A DNA stretch of 64,000 nucleotides from Terriglobia bacterium. GTDB lineage: Bacteria; Acidobacteriota; Terriglobia; 20CM-2-55-15. Below, piece after piece: positions 59,550 through 64,000 of the stretch (positions are counted from its first letter, which is position 1; every line of letters starts with the position of its first letter). The DNA is taken from contig CBDAOY010000006.1 in the NCBI GenBank assembly GCA_965198225.1, forward strand, positions 32,001 to 96,000, written 5' to 3'. Position numbers and translations under genes: made by a program. The notes beneath the pieces were generated by a model. The model had not been told where the DNA came from. It saw only the letters and a list, made by a program, of their open reading frames with translations, and made no database searches.

Positions 59550-61901
59550 ATGAATCCGGAAATCATCCGCAAGATCAACCAGGACATCGGTGTCGCTGTG
59601 TCCCGAATCGAGGCGGCCAACCGGCTGCTCGAAGAAGGGGCGACGATTCCCTTCATCGCCCGCTACCGAAAGGAAGCGACAGGCAATCTCGACGAAGTCC
59701 AGATTCGGGACATCGCCGAGCGACGAATCTACTACAACGAGCTAGATGAGCGCCGTAAGGTCGTCCTCTCGAAGATCGAGGAACAAGGGAAGCTGACCGA
59801 CGAGCTGCGCGACAAAATCCAGAGCTGCTACATCAAGGCCGAGCTCGAGGATCTCTACCTCCCCTACAAGGTGAGGCGGAAGACCAAGGCCGGCATCGCC
59901 CGCGAGCGTGGGCTGGAGCCCCTCGCAGACTTTCTCATGACGGGGTCCGGGGAGGAGTCGGTCGAGAACGAAGCGGCGAAGTTCGTGAACGAGGAGAAGG
60001 AAGTCCCAACCGCCGAAGCCGCCATCGAAGGGGCGCTGCACATCCTGGCCGAGCGCGTCAGCGAAAACGCCGATTCCCGCAAGTGGCTCCGCGACCTCAT
60101 GTTTAAGGAGGGCGTGGTCCAATCTAGGGTCACCAGAGAAAAGGAAAGCCAGAAGACCAAGTACTCCATGTACCACAGCTTCCAGGAACCGGTTTCGAAG
60201 ATTCCTTCCCACCGCGTGCTGGCTATCAGACGGGGATCCCGTGAGAAGGTTCTGACCTACTCGGTTCAAATCGACCAGGCCCGTGCTGTCGGCGAGATGA
60301 GATCGCGCGTGATCGGCGAAGAAGGAGTTCGATTCGCGTCGTTCGTGGAAAGAGCAATTCAGGACGGATACGATCGGTTGATGGAGCCTTCCATCCAGAA
60401 CGAGGTACGCAGCTACCTTCGCGGCCGGGCCGACGAGGAAGCGATCAAGGTGTTTGAAGAGAACCTTCGCGCCTTGCTGCTGGCGGCACCAGCCGGGCAG
60501 ATCGTCGTCATGGGCATCGACCCCGGTCTGCGCACAGGCTCAAAGATCGCGGTCGTGGATGACACATGTAAGTTTCTCGAAAAGCAAACGATCTACCTCA
60601 CCGAACCGAAGAAGGACCTGGATGCCGCAGAGAAGATTCTCGTGGATCTGATCCCCAGGCTCAGGGTCGAGGGCATCGTCATCGGCAACGGCACCGGTTC
60701 CAGAGAGACCGAAACATTCGTGCGGTCGGTCATCGAGAAGCACAAACTCGACGCCTTCACAGTGGTCACGAACGAGGCTGGCGCCTCGGTCTACTCCGCT
60801 TCGAAACGGGCCCGGCAGGAGTTCCCCGAGCTCGACGTCACGGTCCGCGGCGCGATTTCCATTGCCCGCAGAATGCAGGACCCGCTGGCGGAACTGGTCA
60901 AGATCGATCCCAAGTCCATCGGAGTCGGCCAGTACCAGCACGATGTGGACCAGAAGAAGCTCCGCCACAGCCTGGGTACGGTGGTCGAATCATGTGTCAA
61001 CAGCGTCGGCGTCGACCTCGGCACAGCTTCGGTCGACCTCCTGAAGTACGTCTCCGGGGTGTCGGAAAGCCTGGCGAAGGCAATCGTCGCGTACCGCAAC
61101 GACAGCGGGGCTTTCAAGAACCGTGAGCACTTGAAACAGGTGCCAGGCCTCGGAGAAAAGACCTTCCAGCAGGCGGCCGGTTTCCTCCGCATCAAGGACG
61201 GAGAAAACCCTCTCGATCGAACCTCCGTCCATCCCGAGTCATACCCGCTGGTCGAACGCATAGCCGCCTCCCTCGACATTCGGGTTTCGGAATTGATAGA
61301 GAACCGTTCACGCGTAGCCGCCGTCGATTTCAAAAACTTCGAGAAGGAAGCGGGCAGATACACTCTGGTCGACATCCGGAACGAGCTGCTGAAACCGGGC
61401 AGGGATCCGAGAAAGACGTTCAAGGTGCTGCACTTCCGGGAGGATATTCGAGAGATTACCGACCTCAAGGAAGGCATGGAAATCGAAGGCAACGTCACGA
61501 ACGTGACGAACTTCGGTGCCTTCGTCGATCTGGGTGTCCATCAGGACGGGCTGATTCACATCTCCGAACTGGCCCACGGCTACATCCAGGACGCGCGGCG
61601 GGCGGTCAAAGTCGGGGACGTCGTCAAGGTCAAGGTGATCGGAGTCGACCCGGACATGAAGCGCATCAGCCTGTCCCGGAAGGCCACGATGCAAAAGCCT
61701 AAACCGCGACCGAAGCCCAAGCCGCGACGGAAGCCGGAGCCAAAGGAACCAGTGAAGGCGCGGAAGGCAAAGCTGGACAAACCTGGGAAAAAGGAAGCCA
61801 CTGTCGCCGTGAAGCGGAAACCGAAGCCCAAGCGGCCCGAGCCGTCGATGGAGGAAAAGCTGAAGCTGCTGCAGCAGAAGTTTAAGGGTTCGAATCGGTA
61901 A
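59550..61901 (+). CDS. tex: Tex family RNA-binding transcriptional accessory protein
   Basis: GATIPFIARYRKE, GIDPGLRTG, IGVGQYQHDV, S1 domain FGAFVDLG. Confidence 0.95.
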   Translation: MNPEIIRKINQDIGVAVSRIEAANRLLEEGATIPFIARYRKEATGNLDEVQIRDIAERRIYYNELDERRKVVLSKIEEQGKLTDELRDKIQSCYIKAELEDLYLPYKVRRKTKAGIARERGLEPLADFLMTGSGEESVENEAAKFVNEEKEVPTAEAAIEGALHILAERVSENADSRKWLRDLMFKEGVVQSRVTREKESQKTKYSMYHSFQEPVSKIPSHRVLAIRRGSREKVLTYSVQIDQARAVGEMRSRVIGEEGVRFASFVERAIQDGYDRLMEPSIQNEVRSYLRGRADEEAIKVFEENLRALLLAAPAGQIVVMGIDPGLRTGSKIAVVDDTCKFLEKQTIYLTEPKKDLDAAEKILVDLIPRLRVEGIVIGNGTGSRETETFVRSVIEKHKLDAFTVVTNEAGASVYSASKRARQEFPELDVTVRGAISIARRMQDPLAELVKIDPKSIGVGQYQHDVDQKKLRHSLGTVVESCVNSVGVDLGTASVDLLKYVSGVSESLAKAIVAYRNDSGAFKNREHLKQVPGLGEKTFQQAAGFLRIKDGENPLDRTSVHPESYPLVERIAASLDIRVSELIENRSRVAAVDFKNFEKEAGRYTLVDIRNELLKPGRDPRKTFKVLHFREDIREITDLKEGMEIEGNVTNVTNFGAFVDLGVHQDGLIHISELAHGYIQDARRAVKVGDVVKVKVIGVDPDMKRISLSRKATMQKPKPRPKPKPRRKPEPKEPVKARKAKLDKPGKKEATVAVKRKPKPKRPEPSMEEKLKLLQQKFKGSNR

Positions 61902-61905
61902 TTGC

Positions 61906-61974
61906 TGTAGGTGCGGTCTATGACCGCACATCTTCCGGTTTCGAAACGTCTGTGCGCTCATAGAGCGCACCTAC
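61906..61974. repeat. REPIN
   Basis: Both arms, just after the tex stop. Confidence 0.88.
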
Positions 61975-62067
61975 GCCTCCCATCTGCAAGAAACCTCGCT
62001 CCCCGCACGTATTCCTGTTAACAATCCGCCGATGGCGGGCGTCAATTTGGTTAAGATATTTGAAGGG

Positions 62068-63288
62068 ATGAATTTCCGCGAAGCAGTCTGGATCGCGCTT
62101 TCGTCGTTGCGGGTGAACCGGCTCCGCTCGGTGCTGACCCTACTGGGAATCGTCATAGGCGTGATGACGGTTATCACCGTGATTTCGTTCATCTCGGGAC
62201 TGAATGACTTTGTCGAGCAGGAGATCTTCAACCTCGGCGCGGACGTTTTCGTGGTCACCCGAACCCCCAATGTCGTCACGAACCGCGAGGATTGGATCGC
62301 CGCGCGAAAACGGAAGAACCTGTACCTGGAGGACGCTGATGCAATCCGCGAATCGTGTGCGGCGTGCCAGGCGGTCGGCGCGCGTCTGAATGCGCGCGCG
62401 TGGGTGAAGTCCGGTCGGGAGTATTTGGACGGTACGCAGATTCGTGGGCTGACGCCGGAAGTGCCGGCGATACTCGGTGAGGACCTGGACGCGGGCCGAG
62501 GCTTAACCGAGTATGACATCCGGCACAGCCGGCGCGTCTGCGTCATCGGCAGCGATGTCGTAGACAACATTTTCCCGTTCGTCGACCCCATCGGAAAGAT
62601 GCTCCAGGTCAACGGCCGCGAGTTCGAGGTCGTTGGCATCGGCGAGAAGCGCGGTTCTATCGTCGGTCAATCTCAAGACAATTGGGTAACCATACCGATC
62701 ACGGCGTTCCAGCGCATGTTCGGGTCCAGACGGTCGGTTCGAATCTACGGGAAGGCCAACGGGGAGGAGATGATCGACACCGCGGTAGATCAGGCGCGGG
62801 TGGTTCTGAGAACGCGTCGCCATATCGCCTACAACGACGACGACGACTTTTCCATATCCACCAACGAAACGTTCCTCGAGCTCTGGGCCAACATCAGCCG
62901 GACGTTCTTCGCGGTCACGATTGCAATCGCGTCGATCTCTCTCGTCGTCGGTGGAATCGTCGTGATGAACATCATGCTGGTGTCGGTCACGGAGCGGACG
63001 CGGGAGATCGGCATCCGGAAGGCGACCGGGGCGCGTCGGGCAGACATCATGCTTCAGTTTCTCGTCGAGTCCGCCACGCTCGCACTGGTCGGTGGGGTCA
63101 TCGGGGTAGGGCTGGCGATCGCGATCGCAACCGGTGTTTCAGCGGCGACGGCTCTGCCTTCGGCGATTAAGTGGTGGGCCGTCACGCTCGGCCTCGTCGT
63201 GTCCACTGCAGTGGGTTTGTTCTTCGGAATCTGGCCGGCAAAGAAGGCGGCGAGCCTGGATCCGATAGCGGCGTTGCGCTATGAATGA
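62068..63288 (+). CDS. MacB/FtsX-like ABC permease
   Basis: RSVLTLLGIVIGV, VGGIVVMNIMLVSVTERTREIGIRKA, LDPIAALRYE. Confidence 0.92.
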   Translation: MNFREAVWIALSSLRVNRLRSVLTLLGIVIGVMTVITVISFISGLNDFVEQEIFNLGADVFVVTRTPNVVTNREDWIAARKRKNLYLEDADAIRESCAACQAVGARLNARAWVKSGREYLDGTQIRGLTPEVPAILGEDLDAGRGLTEYDIRHSRRVCVIGSDVVDNIFPFVDPIGKMLQVNGREFEVVGIGEKRGSIVGQSQDNWVTIPITAFQRMFGSRRSVRIYGKANGEEMIDTAVDQARVVLRTRRHIAYNDDDDFSISTNETFLELWANISRTFFAVTIAIASISLVVGGIVVMNIMLVSVTERTREIGIRKATGARRADIMLQFLVESATLALVGGVIGVGLAIAIATGVSAATALPSAIKWWAVTLGLVVSTAVGLFFGIWPAKKAASLDPIAALRYE

Positions 63289-64000
63289 CATCGCTCTCAT
63301 GGCGCTGGATTCGATCCGGGCCAACAAGATTCGGTCGGTCCTGACAGTCCTGGGCGTGGTCATCGGGGTGATGACCGTGATCGGGATGTCGTCGGTGGTA
63401 AGCGGACTGAACACGGGCATCACTTCCCAGATCGAAGACATCGGTTCGAACTTGATCTTCGTAACGCGCTTCGACCTCACGGTGGGCCGCAGATCTGCTG
63501 ATGAGCGCACGCGGAAGAAGCTGACCCTGGAAGATGCGATGGCCCTGGGCGAGTTGCCCGCGGTCCAGGCTGTGGCGCCCATGCTGAGATGGTTCCGCCC
63601 GGCGATGAGCTCTTCGTCCTACAGCATAAGGTACCGGGACCGGACGGTCTCCAACACGATCATCGAGGGAATCACTCCGGCACACGAAGAGGTCTTCAGG
63701 CTGGACTTGCGCGACGGGCGCTGGATCAACGAGAGCGACCATCGGCATCGATCCAACGTCGTGGTGCTGGGCTACAACACAGCGGAGACTCTGTTCCCAA
63801 ACATGGACAACTCCGTCGGCAAAGAGGTCGAACTCGAGGGCAGGGTTTTTCACGTGATCGGGGTCTTGGAGAAACGCAAGAGCGGCCTCAACCCGGGCGA
63901 CAACGCTGAAGACAACATGGCAGAGATACCGATTGGTGCGTTCACGAAGCTCCATCCGGAGGTTGACGACTACTGGATCACGCTCAAGCCTGTAAGCCAG
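63281..64000 (+). CDS. Second MacB/FtsX-like ABC permease (3' end beyond window)
   Basis: MNDIALMALDSIRANKIRSVLTVLGVVIGV; overlaps the upstream stop. Confidence 0.88.
   Translation, partial: MNDIALMALDSIRANKIRSVLTVLGVVIGVMTVIGMSSVVSGLNTGITSQIEDIGSNLIFVTRFDLTVGRRSADERTRKKLTLEDAMALGELPAVQAVAPMLRWFRPAMSSSSYSIRYRDRTVSNTIIEGITPAHEEVFRLDLRDGRWINESDHRHRSNVVVLGYNTAETLFPNMDNSVGKEVELEGRVFHVIGVLEKRKSGLNPGDNAEDNMAEIPIGAFTKLHPEVDDYWITLKPVSQ

Noticed and set aside
61690-61860. Lys/Pro-rich repeat at the end of tex
   Set aside because: Ordinary low-complexity coding tail
1-64000. tRNA, rRNA or RAYT transposase genes
   Set aside because: None recognised by eye; a tRNAscan/HMM search would be needed to exclude them

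Overview
GC-rich bacterial chromosomal window; gene content suggests Acidobacteriota (inference). Bases 1-18363 are a co-oriented minus-strand array of eight paralogous receptor-like Hanks Ser/Thr kinases (kinase, TM helix, TolB/PD40-like beta-propeller); copy 1 is cut by the window edge. Kinase domains fall into two conserved subfamilies, ectodomains are highly divergent, and all copies share a homogenised ~28-codon 5' end. Four of the seven complete copies are frameshifted or internally deleted, one has HRD->HRN, and at least two look chimeric. Five copies carry a GTAG-type REP doublet (REPIN) exactly 11 nt upstream of the ATG. The same REP family recurs about 20 times as doublets, a 5x95-bp tandem array, a collapsed hairpin, a nested form and long cargo-carrying forms; no RAYT or integrase is in the window. 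Next come three BamE/SmpA-like lipoproteins, a methyltransferase, an FAD oxidoreductase, a TatT-type TRAP transporter, an FHA-GAF-sigma54 activator split by an 812-bp IS5 element, a kinase-TPR gene, two type II TA modules and a decayed nucleotidyltransferase-like remnant. The remainder is mostly ordinary metabolic and housekeeping genes (radical SAM, rhomboids, plsY, DAG kinase, fatty acyl reductase, M20 amidohydrolase, tesA-ybbAP, aminotransferase, two MBL hydrolases, HEAT proteins, CDF transporter, acyl-CoA dehydrogenase, DHH, tex, two MacB-like permeases).
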